From: Acidobacteriota bacterium
GTDB lineage: Bacteria > Acidobacteriota > Polarisedimenticolia > J045
Length of the DNA: 64,000 nucleotides
Assembly: GCA_017994815.1 (NCBI GenBank)
Contig: JAGOJY010000004.1
Coordinates: 76,466-140,465 of the forward strand
Direction: 5' to 3'
A program made the position numbers and the translations under genes. The notes below the pieces were generated by a model. It was not told where the DNA came from and ran no database searches. It worked only from the letters and a program-made list of their open reading frames with translations. Positions 1 to 8,746 of this stretch are shown here, piece after piece (the stretch's first letter is position 1; each line of letters begins with the position of its first letter).

Positions 1-132
1 CAAGTGCCATCGTAGATCCGCGTACCCCGCGCGACAAGACGACGCGGCGACCGCGTTCTGGATCGGCGTTGAGGTGGGGTGCGAAAAACGGGGCGCCCGG
101 AGCATCAGCGTGAAACGGTCGGCCCCGTTGAC

Positions 133-166
133 GAACAAGAGCCTCCCTGCCTGGGGAGGCTCTTGT
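133..166. terminator. Perfect 14-bp inverted repeat (AACAAGAGCCTCCC-tgcctg-GGGAGGCTCTTGTT) downstream of the minus-strand toxin gene; candidate intrinsic terminator
   Basis: Inverted repeat read directly in the sequence. It lies just beyond the stop of the RelE-like CDS. There is no strong U-tract, which is normal for high-GC genomes. Confidence 0.4.
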
Positions 167-225
167 TGTCGTGCTCTCGTCTCGGTCCCGTTCGTGCTGG
201 CTGGCTCTGACGCTCTTGGTCTGCC

Positions 226-471
226 CTACTTCGGGTGCGGGATGATGGTAATGAGGTAGTAGGTGTCGCCCTCGATCGTGAAGTAGAAGCGCCAGGAGCC
301 GGTCACCCGGCCCTGCCACAGCCCACGGGCCGGATCGTACTTCTTGACGCGCAGAGAGGGGTGCCGCTGGTTTGATAGCAACAACGCGGCCTTGCGGTCG
401 AACGCACGCTGGATCGCGGGCGGTGCCGTCGCGTAGCTCTTGCGGAACCGCTCGGTGTAGGCCAGGCGCAT
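226..471 (-). CDS. RelE/ParE-family type II toxin (81 aa)
   Basis: Internal Met of ORF 226..834. Translation MRLAYTERFRKSY...RHPSLRVKKYDP...WRFYFTIEGDTYYLITIIPHPK is a typical RelE/ParE fold signature. Its start overlaps the stop of the upstream antitoxin. Confidence 0.8.
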   Translation of the reverse strand: MRLAYTERFRKSYATAPPAIQRAFDRKAALLLSNQRHPSLRVKKYDPARGLWQGRVTGSWRFYFTIEGDTYYLITIIPHPK

Positions 472-773
472 CAGCGTTTCTTGGCCGTCTTCCTCGCCCG
501 CCCGCGCCTGGTCGGCTGCCGCAAGGAATGCGCCGTGGCGGCCGCGCTGTCGAAGGGGCCGTAGATCCGGCCCTTGCGGACGTCCTCCAGCCCCTCGGTC
601 AGTTCGGCTTCGAGTTGGTCGTAGTCCGGCAGGAGGGTCAGGGGCACCACCGCCGCCATCGGCTTGCCGGCGCGTTCGATGACGAACTGGTCCCCGCGGT
701 GGTACGCGCCTTCCAGCAGCTCGCCCAGCTTGTGCCGGGCTTCGAGCGCGGTGACTTTCTTGACCATGTCCAT
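471..773 (-). CDS. Phd/YefM-family antitoxin
   Basis: ORF 471..788. The N-terminus MDMVKKVTALEARHKLGELLEGAYHRGDQFVIERAGKPMAAVVPL is a Phd/YefM signature. ATG at 773 is preceded by GAGGT; the track start at 788 is a TTG. Stop overlaps the toxin start. Confidence 0.75.
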   Translation of the reverse strand: MDMVKKVTALEARHKLGELLEGAYHRGDQFVIERAGKPMAAVVPLTLLPDYDQLEAELTEGLEDVRKGRIYGPFDSAAATAHSLRQPTRRGRARKTAKKR

Positions 774-775
774 AC

Positions 776-830
776 CTCGTTGTATCAATTCTTATACTTG
801 TAGCAATTGTATCAGTTACTGCCGCGGTCG
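776..830 (-). promoter_or_regulatory. AT-rich TA promoter/operator with three TTGTATCA-type repeats
   Basis: TTGTATCA at 780-787 and 807-814, and TTGTAGCA at 797-804. The patch is AT-rich in a 70% GC genome and lies immediately upstream of the antitoxin start. Autoregulated TA operons typically have such operators. Confidence 0.4.
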
Positions 831-895
831 TCAAGCCCCGCGACGGCCCGTGCCGGGTGAACGACGCGGCGTAACGATCTCCGGTGAGCGCTGGG

Positions 896-1726
896 TCAGC
901 TACTCTGCTTCGGCGGCCAGTATCCCCGTCGCACGTTCTCCTCGTACGCAGCCTGGACCTCCTCCCTGGTCCGGTAATCGCCGGGCAACGGTGAGTAGAC
1001 CGAGAGCACCGGCAGCGCCAAGGTGAGCGGGACGCAATCGTCGTAGAGGTACTTGGCCATGAACGTGATGTCGATCAAGCTCGCGTCCGGCGCGGCCGAC
1101 TCGCCCAGGGCCAGCACAAACCCAAGCGGCGCGAACGTGATCTCGCTGAACACGGAATGCGTGCGGCGCGCCAGGTCGCCGATCCCGACCGGCCCAGAAG
1201 CGCGGCCCCGGTCGGCGGCAGTGAGCAAGGCGAACACCGCGTACTCCGCAGGCAGGCCGGTCGCGAACTCGTTCAGCACAAACCGCTTCAGCTCAGGACA
1301 CGTCTTGTGAAACGCAGGGCCGATCGTGCTCGCGAACATGGCGATGACCTGCTTGAGCACCCGAAGCGGGAAGACGGTGTAGGTGTGCTGGTGGATGCCG
1401 GGTGCTGCGAGCAAGCGCAAGAAGCGGCCGGCTTGGTGCGCGAACTCGACGTAGGCGGGACCGTACCTCGTGCCGGTGAAGTTGTTGCACCGGCCGCACA
1501 GCGTGTGGGCTCCCGCGCCGCGCCGGAGCAGGTCCCCGCGAATGTGGTCGAGGTCTGCGGTCTGGAACAGCGTCTCGCTGCGTGCGCGACGGACGGGTCG
1601 GCGGTTGAACGCCGCCCGGGGCGGAACGTGCTCGTACGAGAGATCGCCCGTCGTGCCGCACAGGTGGCAGGTCCCGCGTACTCGTCTGCGCCCCATTGCC
1701 TGTCGTCCCTGGCCCGCAAGCGCCAT
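896..1726 (-). CDS. HNH endonuclease-like protein
   Basis: ORF 896..1774. Motifs CHLCG...EHVPP...CGRCNN match the HNH C-X2-C / His / C-X2-C-N pattern. Start position is uncertain. Confidence 0.5.
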   Translation of the reverse strand: MALAGQGRQAMGRRRVRGTCHLCGTTGDLSYEHVPPRAAFNRRPVRRARSETLFQTADLDHIRGDLLRRGAGAHTLCGRCNNFTGTRYGPAYVEFAHQAGRFLRLLAAPGIHQHTYTVFPLRVLKQVIAMFASTIGPAFHKTCPELKRFVLNEFATGLPAEYAVFALLTAADRGRASGPVGIGDLARRTHSVFSEITFAPLGFVLALGESAAPDASLIDITFMAKYLYDDCVPLTLALPVLSVYSPLPGDYRTREEVQAAYEENVRRGYWPPKQSS

Positions 1727-1784
1727 TATGACGGGGTGCCGGCGTATGCGCCCGCGCGGAGCAGGTCGGAGCACGACGTCTCGC

Positions 1785-1933
1785 GGGGGACTTCCGGGTG
1801 GACTTCGGGGACTTGGGGGACTTCGGAAACGCTCTGGGCCACGTCGGCTTAGCTAACGTTCGCGATTTCGTCTGAACGAAAACGGCCTCTCCTCACCCCC
1901 CGTGCAAAGTCCCCCAAGTCCCCCATGTCCCCC
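1785..1933. repeat. Inverted arrays of GGGGGACTT-type iteron-like repeats flanking a lower-GC spacer
   Basis: Left array 1785-1828 holds four copies of GGACTT(C)GG. Right array 1907-1933 holds three copies of (A)AGTCCCCC, the reverse complement. A 78-bp AT-richer spacer separates them. The structure sits between the ATPase gene stop and the HNH gene start. Confidence 0.5.
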
Positions 1934-1937
1934 GCGG

Positions 1938-3284
1938 CTACGCCACGAGCGCCGGCGGGGCGGCGTCCGTCGCCGTAACCGGCTCGATCCCGTACCGCTC
2001 GAACAGCCGCTCCAGCGCCGGCCGCTCGGAGTTCGGCACGACGAAGGCGCCGTGCCGCTTTTCGGTCCGAAGGTGCAGGCGGTTTCGAAGCAGGAAGCCC
2101 ACCCACTTGGGGGTGACCTTGCGCTCGTACTCCTCCCCGTGGCGGTCGGTGAACAGTCCCGTCACCTCCTTGACCGAGAGCGGGCTTTCGGCAGCGAGGA
2201 GGTCGCGGATGACTTCAAGGACCTGGGCCTCGGCCGTGAGCGCGCGGTCGGAGACAAGCTCGCGGTTGAACCGCCGGGCGAGGTCCCGCAGCTCTGTCCG
2301 GGTCCGCTCGTCGTGGATGACGGAGAGCAGTGGCACGAGAACCTGGTTCAGGCGCGGCTCGAGCGACGGGTCGACCAAGCCCTCGGGTGAGGAAGTGCGC
2401 CCGAGCGTGCGCAGCCGGAACAACAGGAGCTTGTTCCGGAGCGCGAGCGCCGCGTCCTTGTGCTCGTTCGGCAGGTTGATCGGCACGTCCGCGCGGAGCC
2501 GCCGCTGACCCATGACCTCGGTGAGGCAGCGCGACTCCAGCGCGCGATCCTCGAAGAGGCCTCTCGTCGCCACTAGCTTTGGGCCGAACACGGCGTAGGC
2601 CGTGGGGTTGAACTCCCGCGTGGACGACACCTCAGTGCGAAGCACCGGGAACCCGCGGCCGTTGCCGTTGTTCAAGATCTTGACGATCTCGGCCCGCTCG
2701 TCCGAGAGCCTAAAGTCCCCCTCGTCGACGATCAGGGTGCCGCGGACCGCGTCGAGGATCCGAAACAGCGGCGACACCGTGGAGGCGCCGCTGGCGAAGA
2801 TCGGCTTGTAGCAGAGCGACCCGACCGTCAGCAGGAAGCGGGTCTTGCCGGAGCCGGGATCCCCGAGCAGCCGCAGGTACGGCAGCTCGTTGAAGGCGTC
2901 GTAGACCCAGGTGAACAGGACGTAGTACGAGGCGAGCTTCTCGAACAGGGCCGACACGTCCACGTAGCGGTGGACGAACCGTTGGATCTCGGCCACGAGG
3001 TCCTGCTCCGCGCCGTACTCGGCCGTGTCGGAGGGGAACAGCACCACGTCGTTTCTGAGCAGGTTGTTCTCGGGCGAGTACGGCAGCAGCCGCCGGTCGT
3101 CCACCAAGAGGGAGTCCTCGTAGCGGACCTGGCCCTCCTGCCAGACCAGGAACAGCGTCCGGCGCTCGGCGGGGCGGTACAGCAGCTCGACGAGGGTGCC
3201 GTCGGGCAGGACTTCCGAGACCGTGCGCCGGACCGCGGTGTGCCGCGCCGCCTCGGCCGCGTGCTTGAGGTTTTCGGCGCTCAT
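1938..3284 (-). CDS. P-loop NTPase, putative primase-associated helicase/ATPase (448 aa)
   Basis: Walker A GDPGSGKT and Walker B LIVDEGD. True start MSAENL at 3284 overlaps the primase stop (ATGA). The Arg-rich N-terminal extension of track ORF 1938..3974 was discarded. Confidence 0.7.
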   Translation of the reverse strand: MSAENLKHAAEAARHTAVRRTVSEVLPDGTLVELLYRPAERRTLFLVWQEGQVRYEDSLLVDDRRLLPYSPENNLLRNDVVLFPSDTAEYGAEQDLVAEIQRFVHRYVDVSALFEKLASYYVLFTWVYDAFNELPYLRLLGDPGSGKTRFLLTVGSLCYKPIFASGASTVSPLFRILDAVRGTLIVDEGDFRLSDERAEIVKILNNGNGRGFPVLRTEVSSTREFNPTAYAVFGPKLVATRGLFEDRALESRCLTEVMGQRRLRADVPINLPNEHKDAALALRNKLLLFRLRTLGRTSSPEGLVDPSLEPRLNQVLVPLLSVIHDERTRTELRDLARRFNRELVSDRALTAEAQVLEVIRDLLAAESPLSVKEVTGLFTDRHGEEYERKVTPKWVGFLLRNRLHLRTEKRHGAFVVPNSERPALERLFERYGIEPVTATDAAPPALVA

Positions 3285-4216
3285 GGTCCGGCGAGTCTCC
3301 GGATGACTTCCAGGGCCTGACCAAACGTCAGGCCCTCGTACTTCTGCACGAAGGCGAGCGCGTCGCCGTGGGCCCGGCAGCCGAAGCAGTGGAAGGTCTG
3401 CGAGCCGGGGTAGACCACGAACGAGGGCACGCGGTCGTCGTGGAAGGGGCAGCGGCCCTTGAGGACCTGGCCCGTGCGCCGCAGGGTCACGAACTCCCCC
3501 ACCACCTCTTCGAGGCGCACGCGGGCCTGGAGTTCGGCCGCGTCCGTGCCTGGAAACGGCTGCCAGGGCCTCCGGGGCGGATCTTGCGACTCCGGCTCCG
3601 GCGGCAGGGGCTCGGCGGCGTCGAGGAGCGCGAGGAAGTCCTCGCGCGTTCTTTTCAGCTTCACGAAGAAGTCGGTCACGTCGCCGCGGAGGCCGAGCTC
3701 GTCCGGGAGCTGCACCACCCGGGCGTGCGGGAGCAGGCTCGCGACGCGCCGGGCACCGGCTCGTCCGGCCGCGTCGTGGTCGTAACAGACGTAGAGGTTG
3801 GGGACGGACCGGAGGGCCTCGGCCCACTCCGGGAGAAAAACGAGGGCGCCTCCGGTGCCGGTCACGGCCGCGATACCCCGCCCTTCGAGGACCAGCCGGT
3901 CGAACTCGCCCTCGCAGACGACGAGCCGTTCCTGGTCTTCGCGGACGTGCTCCCAGCCGTACAACTCGGCCCACGCTCCGGGCTGCGAGCGCATCTTCGG
4001 ACCCCAGGGCCGCTCGGGATCGCGGGCGTAGCGGAAGAACGCGAAGTCACATTCGCGGTCGAAGACGGGGATCGTGATCCGCTCGCCGTCGAAGCCCAGG
4101 AGGAACCGGGCGATCACGTCGTCGGTGATGCCGCGGGCGTTCAGGTACGCGCGAATCCGCGGCGGCATCTGGCCGTGGTACTGCCGCGCGAGGTCGAGGT
4201 AGGTGGCGTTGCTCAT
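3281..4216 (-). CDS. DnaG-like primase with Toprim domain and C-terminal CHC2 zinc finger
   Basis: Toprim motifs VVCEGEFD and YVCYDHDAAG. zf-CHC2 CPFHDDRVPSFVVYPGSQTFHCFGCRAHGDALAFV sits at the C-terminus. Start MSNATYLDL at 4216. Confidence 0.75.
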   Translation of the reverse strand: MSNATYLDLARQYHGQMPPRIRAYLNARGITDDVIARFLLGFDGERITIPVFDRECDFAFFRYARDPERPWGPKMRSQPGAWAELYGWEHVREDQERLVVCEGEFDRLVLEGRGIAAVTGTGGALVFLPEWAEALRSVPNLYVCYDHDAAGRAGARRVASLLPHARVVQLPDELGLRGDVTDFFVKLKRTREDFLALLDAAEPLPPEPESQDPPRRPWQPFPGTDAAELQARVRLEEVVGEFVTLRRTGQVLKGRCPFHDDRVPSFVVYPGSQTFHCFGCRAHGDALAFVQKYEGLTFGQALEVIRRLAGP

Positions 4217-4405
4217 GGCGGGACCGTAACAAGCACGCGCAGAACGGGACAGGAGGCGGGAGCTGCCGGGGGCGGCAGGTACTGACAGGATCTTCGGATG
4301 GCCCACATCGCTTCTCTCGGTGCAAAACGGGATCCGAGCGGCGCGGTCCTTAACCAATGCGCGTACCCTTCCAAGACGTCGAGCGATTTGTTACGCTTAC
4401 CTTCG

Positions 4406-4627
4406 ATGAGCGAGCATCCGATAATCGAGCCCGGCCGCTACCGACACTACAAGGGTCAGTACTACCGCGTGATCGGCTGCGCGACGCATACCGAGACTGG
4501 GGAGGAGTTAGTCGTCTACCAAGCACTGTACGGTGAGATGCGCTTATGGGTGCGACCGAAAGCGATGTTTCTGGAATTGGTCGAGTCATCCGGTCGCCGC
4601 ATGCCCCGGTTCGAACGCACAGAATGA
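4406..4627 (+). CDS. DUF1653-family small protein (73 aa)
   Basis: MSEHPIIEPGRYRHYKGQYYRVIGCATHTETGEELVVYQALYG...WVRPKAMFLELV matches the DUF1653 signature. GC is lower than the flanks. Confidence 0.65.
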   Translation: MSEHPIIEPGRYRHYKGQYYRVIGCATHTETGEELVVYQALYGEMRLWVRPKAMFLELVESSGRRMPRFERTE

Positions 4628-4655
4628 CGAAGCACCAATGGCCCCGGAGTAGGTA

Positions 4656-5828
4656 GTGGCATTCATCCTACCATCCCTGTCGCGGAAAAGGTCTCGGATC
4701 GAGACGCAAGCGGCGGAACTGGTCGCCGCACCGATCACACAGACGGTGGGCTTTTTCGACCTTGTGGGTTCGACTTCGGCAAAGCTGCGCAAGGGCCATA
4801 CACGCGGGGTGCATGCAGCGATGGTCTTCACGCTCGCGGCTCGATCGGTTGTCCACAGTTACCGTGGCGCCGTTGTCAAGGAGCTTGGGGACGGGGTGCT
4901 CTGCCGGTTCAGCGATCCGCTCTCTGCTTGTCGCGCGGCGTTGACGCTGAAAGCCCTCTGCCCTGAACTAGGTCTCATGGGACGTTTCGGTCTTGCCCTT
5001 GGCCGACTCTCGCGCTACTCCCGGACCGCCGGCAACGAGGATGTGTTTGGAGCACCGGTCGATCGCTGCGCCCGCATCCAAGCTGCCGCACGACCGCAGC
5101 AGGTACTGATTGACGATCCGCTCCACGAAGCCGTCCGAAGTCACCTCGTTGAGCATCCCGAGGTGCTCGCGAGTGACGCTCTTCCCCTGGACGCCAAGGA
5201 CATTGGACTGATCAACGTGCGGGAGCTCTCATTACGCGGCGACGGGCTCGCGAACCGCCTCAGTGGCAGTTTCCGTGCATACCCTCAAGGTCGCCTCACG
5301 ATAGCGGAGAAGGTGAGATTCGCCCGCAACGCAAAGAGCGAGGTGCTGGAGATAGGAACCGGCCTTACTGCATTCGCGAAATCCTTTACGGGCCAACGAC
5401 CGGGTGAGTTTCAAGATCACATCGCAGCACTCGTGCGCCGAGGCGTGTCGGTCAAGTGCTACGCCGTCGATCCACACTATGAGCCGGCCCAAAGGTATCT
5501 GCGCGAATGTGGCGATCGGCAGTACGAGAGCGACATTCTCCGAGCGAGGAAACAGATTCTCGCCGAGCGCCGCCGGCTCCTGGCCTGCGGAACCGCTGGG
5601 TCTCTCGAGTACTACGTCTACTCACGCATCCCGTTCTTCCACTGCTTGTGTTGCGACAGCGACGATCCCGCCGATGGATCCATGCTGTTCTCCTACTACC
5701 TCCCCGGCGTACCCAGGGCCTCGTGTCCGGTCTACCTAATCTCGCGAGCCTCCGAACCAGAACTGTACGACAAGCACCTGGCTTCGGTGCGACTTGTTCA
5801 ACAGCATAGTCGCGAGATCGAGGCGTAA
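4656..5828 (+). CDS. Divergent class III nucleotidyl cyclase domain fused to ~200-aa uncharacterized C-terminal domain
   Basis: Cyclase-like motifs FFDLVGST, KELGDGVLCRF and VFGAPVDRCARIQAAARPQQVLI, with Asp in place of the usual Asn. The C-terminal half has multiple Cys (CLCCDSDD, CPVYLI) and no recognisable family. GC is ~58%. Confidence 0.6.
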   Translation: MAFILPSLSRKRSRIETQAAELVAAPITQTVGFFDLVGSTSAKLRKGHTRGVHAAMVFTLAARSVVHSYRGAVVKELGDGVLCRFSDPLSACRAALTLKALCPELGLMGRFGLALGRLSRYSRTAGNEDVFGAPVDRCARIQAAARPQQVLIDDPLHEAVRSHLVEHPEVLASDALPLDAKDIGLINVRELSLRGDGLANRLSGSFRAYPQGRLTIAEKVRFARNAKSEVLEIGTGLTAFAKSFTGQRPGEFQDHIAALVRRGVSVKCYAVDPHYEPAQRYLRECGDRQYESDILRARKQILAERRRLLACGTAGSLEYYVYSRIPFFHCLCCDSDDPADGSMLFSYYLPGVPRASCPVYLISRASEPELYDKHLASVRLVQQHSREIEA

Positions 5829-5959
5829 CTGAAGCTGCATACGGGAGTTCATTGACAGTTCGCGTCCTCGCACGTAGGATGAAACCACACCTCGTCCTGC
5901 CGCATCCGGCAGACCGTACCGCCTGTCCCGTCGCGCCCGTGGGCTGCTACGCTGCCCGC

Positions 5960-6136
5960 ATGCAGCTCACGGACGATGACATCCGCGAATTCAGCGAGAT
6001 CTGGCAGCAGGAGTTCGGCGAGGACATCCCCTTGGGCGAGGCGCGCTCGCGAGCGTCGCACCTCATGCACCTGTACCTGCTGTTCTCCCGACCCGCGCCG
6101 CCTGTCCCTCCGCCAGACAACCAACAACCCCCATGA
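5960..6136 (+). CDS. Small hypothetical protein (58 aa)
   Basis: Internal Met MQLTDDDIREFSEIWQQEF of ORF 5852..6136. Ends 3 nt before the recombinase start. No recognisable family. Confidence 0.3.
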   Translation: MQLTDDDIREFSEIWQQEFGEDIPLGEARSRASHLMHLYLLFSRPAPPVPPPDNQQPP

Positions 6137-7743
6137 AGTACTTCCTCTACTGCCGCAAGTCCAGCGAGGACGAGGACCGGCAGGTCCTCTCCATCGAATC
6201 CCAGCGCCGCGAAGTCGAGCGCCTGCTGCCGCATTGGCCGGAGGTCGAGATCCTGGAGGTGTACGAGGAGTCGTTCAGCGCGAAAGCGCCGGGCCGGCCT
6301 ATCTTCGACGAGATGATCCAGCGGATCGAGAAGGGCGAGGCCCAGGGGATCGTGGCCTGGCACCCGGACCGGCTGGCAAGAAACTCCATCGACGGCGGGC
6401 GGATCATCTACCTGCTCGACCGAAAGCTCCTGCAAGACCTCCGGTTCGCCACGTTTACGTTCGACAACACCCCGCAGGGCAAGTTCATGCTCTCCATCAT
6501 CCTGGCGAATTCCAAGTACTACGTGGACAGCCTCTCGGAGAACGTCAAGCGCGGCAACCGCACCAAGGTCGAGAACGGCTGGCGCCCCACGCCCGCGCCC
6601 GTCGGCTACCTCAACGACTCGGCCACGCGGACGATCGTGGCCGATCCCGAGCGGTTCCCCCTGGTCCGGCAGATGTGGGACCTAATGCTGACCGGAGCCT
6701 ACAGCCCCCAGCGGATCTGTGACATCGCTCGCGAAGAGTGGGGCCTACGATCCGTCAAGCGCAAACGCACCGGTGGCGCGCTCCTCAGCCGATCCACGGT
6801 CTACGGCATCTTCGCCAACCCCTTCTACGCCGGCGTGATCGACTGGGAGGGCAAGACCTATCCCGGCAAGCATCAAGCCATGGTGACGCTGGACGAGTTC
6901 GACACGGTCCAGAAGCTCCTCGGCCGGCCGGGGCGTCCCCGCCCCCAGAAACACCGTTTCGCGTTCACGGGTCTCATGCGCTGCGGGTACTGCGGCCTCT
7001 CCATCACGGCCGAGGAACGGTACAACCGCTTCGGCTCGTTCTACACCTACTACCACTGCACGAAACGCCGGGTCGGCACCCACTGCGACCAGCCCTATGT
7101 GCCCTTGGCTCGGCTCGAGCAGCAGATCGTCGCCTTTCTTGAGGGGATCTCCCTGCCCGAGCCGTTCCACCGCTGGGCACTGAACCGCCTCGAACGCGCT
7201 ACCCGGCAGGATAAGCACGAGCGAGTTGCACAGCACCGGTCGCTGGACGCAGCGCTGACAGTGGTGGATCGGCAGGTCGAGAACCTGACCGACCTGAGGC
7301 TGCGGGACCTGCTCTCGGACGAGGAGTTCCTGCGCCGACGACAGGCTCTGGAGCGCGACAAGCTGGCGCTGGCCCAGCGACGGTCGGCTGGACCGCCGAG
7401 CTGGTTTGAACCCGCCCAGGGGGTGATATCCTTCAGCATCCACGCAGTTTCCTGGTTCCAGCGCGACGATCTGGACGTGAAGCGCCTGATCCTCGAAACC
7501 GTCGGTTCGAACCCGCGCCTTCTGGACGGAGAACTGCTCATCGAAGCCAAAAAACCGTTCCGGTCATGGACCGGAACGGTTTCTCGTTCAGATTGGTCGG
7601 CCTTCGTGAAGGACGTTCGAACACTGGTGGCTGCCAACGATCCCGCGTTCACGAAGACGCTCGCCAACATCGGTCGGCTCGTGAGCATCGTTCAGGGTAG
7701 CAAAGAGCCAGATGCCAGGAAGGGGGTGTCTCGTGCCGCCTGA
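6133..7743 (+). CDS. Large serine recombinase (resolvase/invertase catalytic domain + recombinase domain + zinc ribbon)
   Basis: N-terminus YCRKSSEDEDRQVLSIESQRRE is the catalytic Ser motif region. It is followed by a recombinase domain and a CGYCG...C...C zinc ribbon, 536 aa. Confidence 0.9.
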   Translation: MKYFLYCRKSSEDEDRQVLSIESQRREVERLLPHWPEVEILEVYEESFSAKAPGRPIFDEMIQRIEKGEAQGIVAWHPDRLARNSIDGGRIIYLLDRKLLQDLRFATFTFDNTPQGKFMLSIILANSKYYVDSLSENVKRGNRTKVENGWRPTPAPVGYLNDSATRTIVADPERFPLVRQMWDLMLTGAYSPQRICDIAREEWGLRSVKRKRTGGALLSRSTVYGIFANPFYAGVIDWEGKTYPGKHQAMVTLDEFDTVQKLLGRPGRPRPQKHRFAFTGLMRCGYCGLSITAEERYNRFGSFYTYYHCTKRRVGTHCDQPYVPLARLEQQIVAFLEGISLPEPFHRWALNRLERATRQDKHERVAQHRSLDAALTVVDRQVENLTDLRLRDLLSDEEFLRRRQALERDKLALAQRRSAGPPSWFEPAQGVISFSIHAVSWFQRDDLDVKRLILETVGSNPRLLDGELLIEAKKPFRSWTGTVSRSDWSAFVKDVRTLVAANDPAFTKTLANIGRLVSIVQGSKEPDARKGVSRAA

Positions 7744-7909
7744 GGCAGACCGCGGATCGTTCACGTCTCTGTGCCCGCGCTGCTGGTCAGGAAGGCCCAG
7801 ATCGCGGGAGGATCCGGGGTGTTGTGGTTGCTCGCATCCATGGACTTCAACCTGCCAAGCCCACCGGTCGTGTCAACGGTCCGGTTCTCGCGGACTCTCG
7901 GGCAGGGCC

Positions 7910-8467
7910 TCACCGATCGAACTCCCGCTTGGCCTCCTCGAAGTAGAACACCTCCGGACGCCAGCCCTGGAGCCACTCCCGCAGCTCCTCGGCCTCCTCC
8001 AAGTCCTCGTCGTCCCCGAGGATGACCCTGACGCAGTCCTGGTACCCGCCCGTCCCGCCGCAGTCGTCGGGTGGGAAGGCTCGCGCTCCACCGAGCAGCC
8101 GGCGTTGGAAGCTCTCGGGCAGCTCCACCGTGCCGTGGCAGACCAGCTCGTGCCACCAGGAGTCCCCGAAGTCGTACAGATAGAAGCAGCGAGACGGCTC
8201 CGAACCGAAGAAGCTTTGGAGCTTGACCCGGCCCGAGTCGGGCGGAGGCTCGTCCATGTCCTCGTGGGGCAGGCCCGCGAGGTCGATCCCCCGCTCGTGG
8301 GCCTTGAGGCGGCGGAACACGTGCAGGTGAGAGTTGGTCCAGCCGCAGGCGTCCTGGATCGCTTCATGCACGGCGGCGAAGGTCAGGTCGTCCCGCAGCA
8401 GGAACCGGCGGAAGATCCTCGGTTCCACGTCGCAGAGCGTCACCTCGAAGTCGTAGTAGCGGGGCAT
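7910..8467 (-). CDS. pRiA4b ORF3-like family protein
   Basis: Motifs YDFGDSWWHELV and PPDDCGGTGGY are characteristic of PF07929. Confidence 0.7.
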   Translation of the reverse strand: MPRYYDFEVTLCDVEPRIFRRFLLRDDLTFAAVHEAIQDACGWTNSHLHVFRRLKAHERGIDLAGLPHEDMDEPPPDSGRVKLQSFFGSEPSRCFYLYDFGDSWWHELVCHGTVELPESFQRRLLGGARAFPPDDCGGTGGYQDCVRVILGDDEDLEEAEELREWLQGWRPEVFYFEEAKREFDR

Positions 8468-8746
8468 GGGTTCACGGTACCGAAACCAGGGAAAAGCACA
8501 AGGGCGGAAGCCGTCGGTGTCAAGCTGTCAGGACGACGGTGACGCGCAATGGCAACGGCAAGGTCGTTCCCGAAGTCCTGTGCTGGGCCGGCGGTACCTG
8601 CTGTCCGCGTGCCCAAGGCGGGAAAACTAACGCCAGCGCCCGCCCTTGTTAGCGTGCCAGTCCTGCTCTTGGCACCTCGGCCTCGTTCGCTCCCGTCTTG
8701 ACGCGGGCTGGTATCGCCAACTACCTTCCTCCTGGGAGGCCCGATC

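Noticed and set aside
3285-3974. N-terminal 230-codon Arg-rich extension of the ATPase ORF
   Set aside because: It overlaps the primase CDS in another frame. A clean ATG at 3284 overlapping the primase stop gives a sensibly sized protein.
4656-5828. Canonical Pycsar (PycC plus separate effector) assignment
   Set aside because: No adjacent TM, TIR or other effector gene is present. The cyclase domain is divergent (Asp for Asn). Kept as a candidate related system only.
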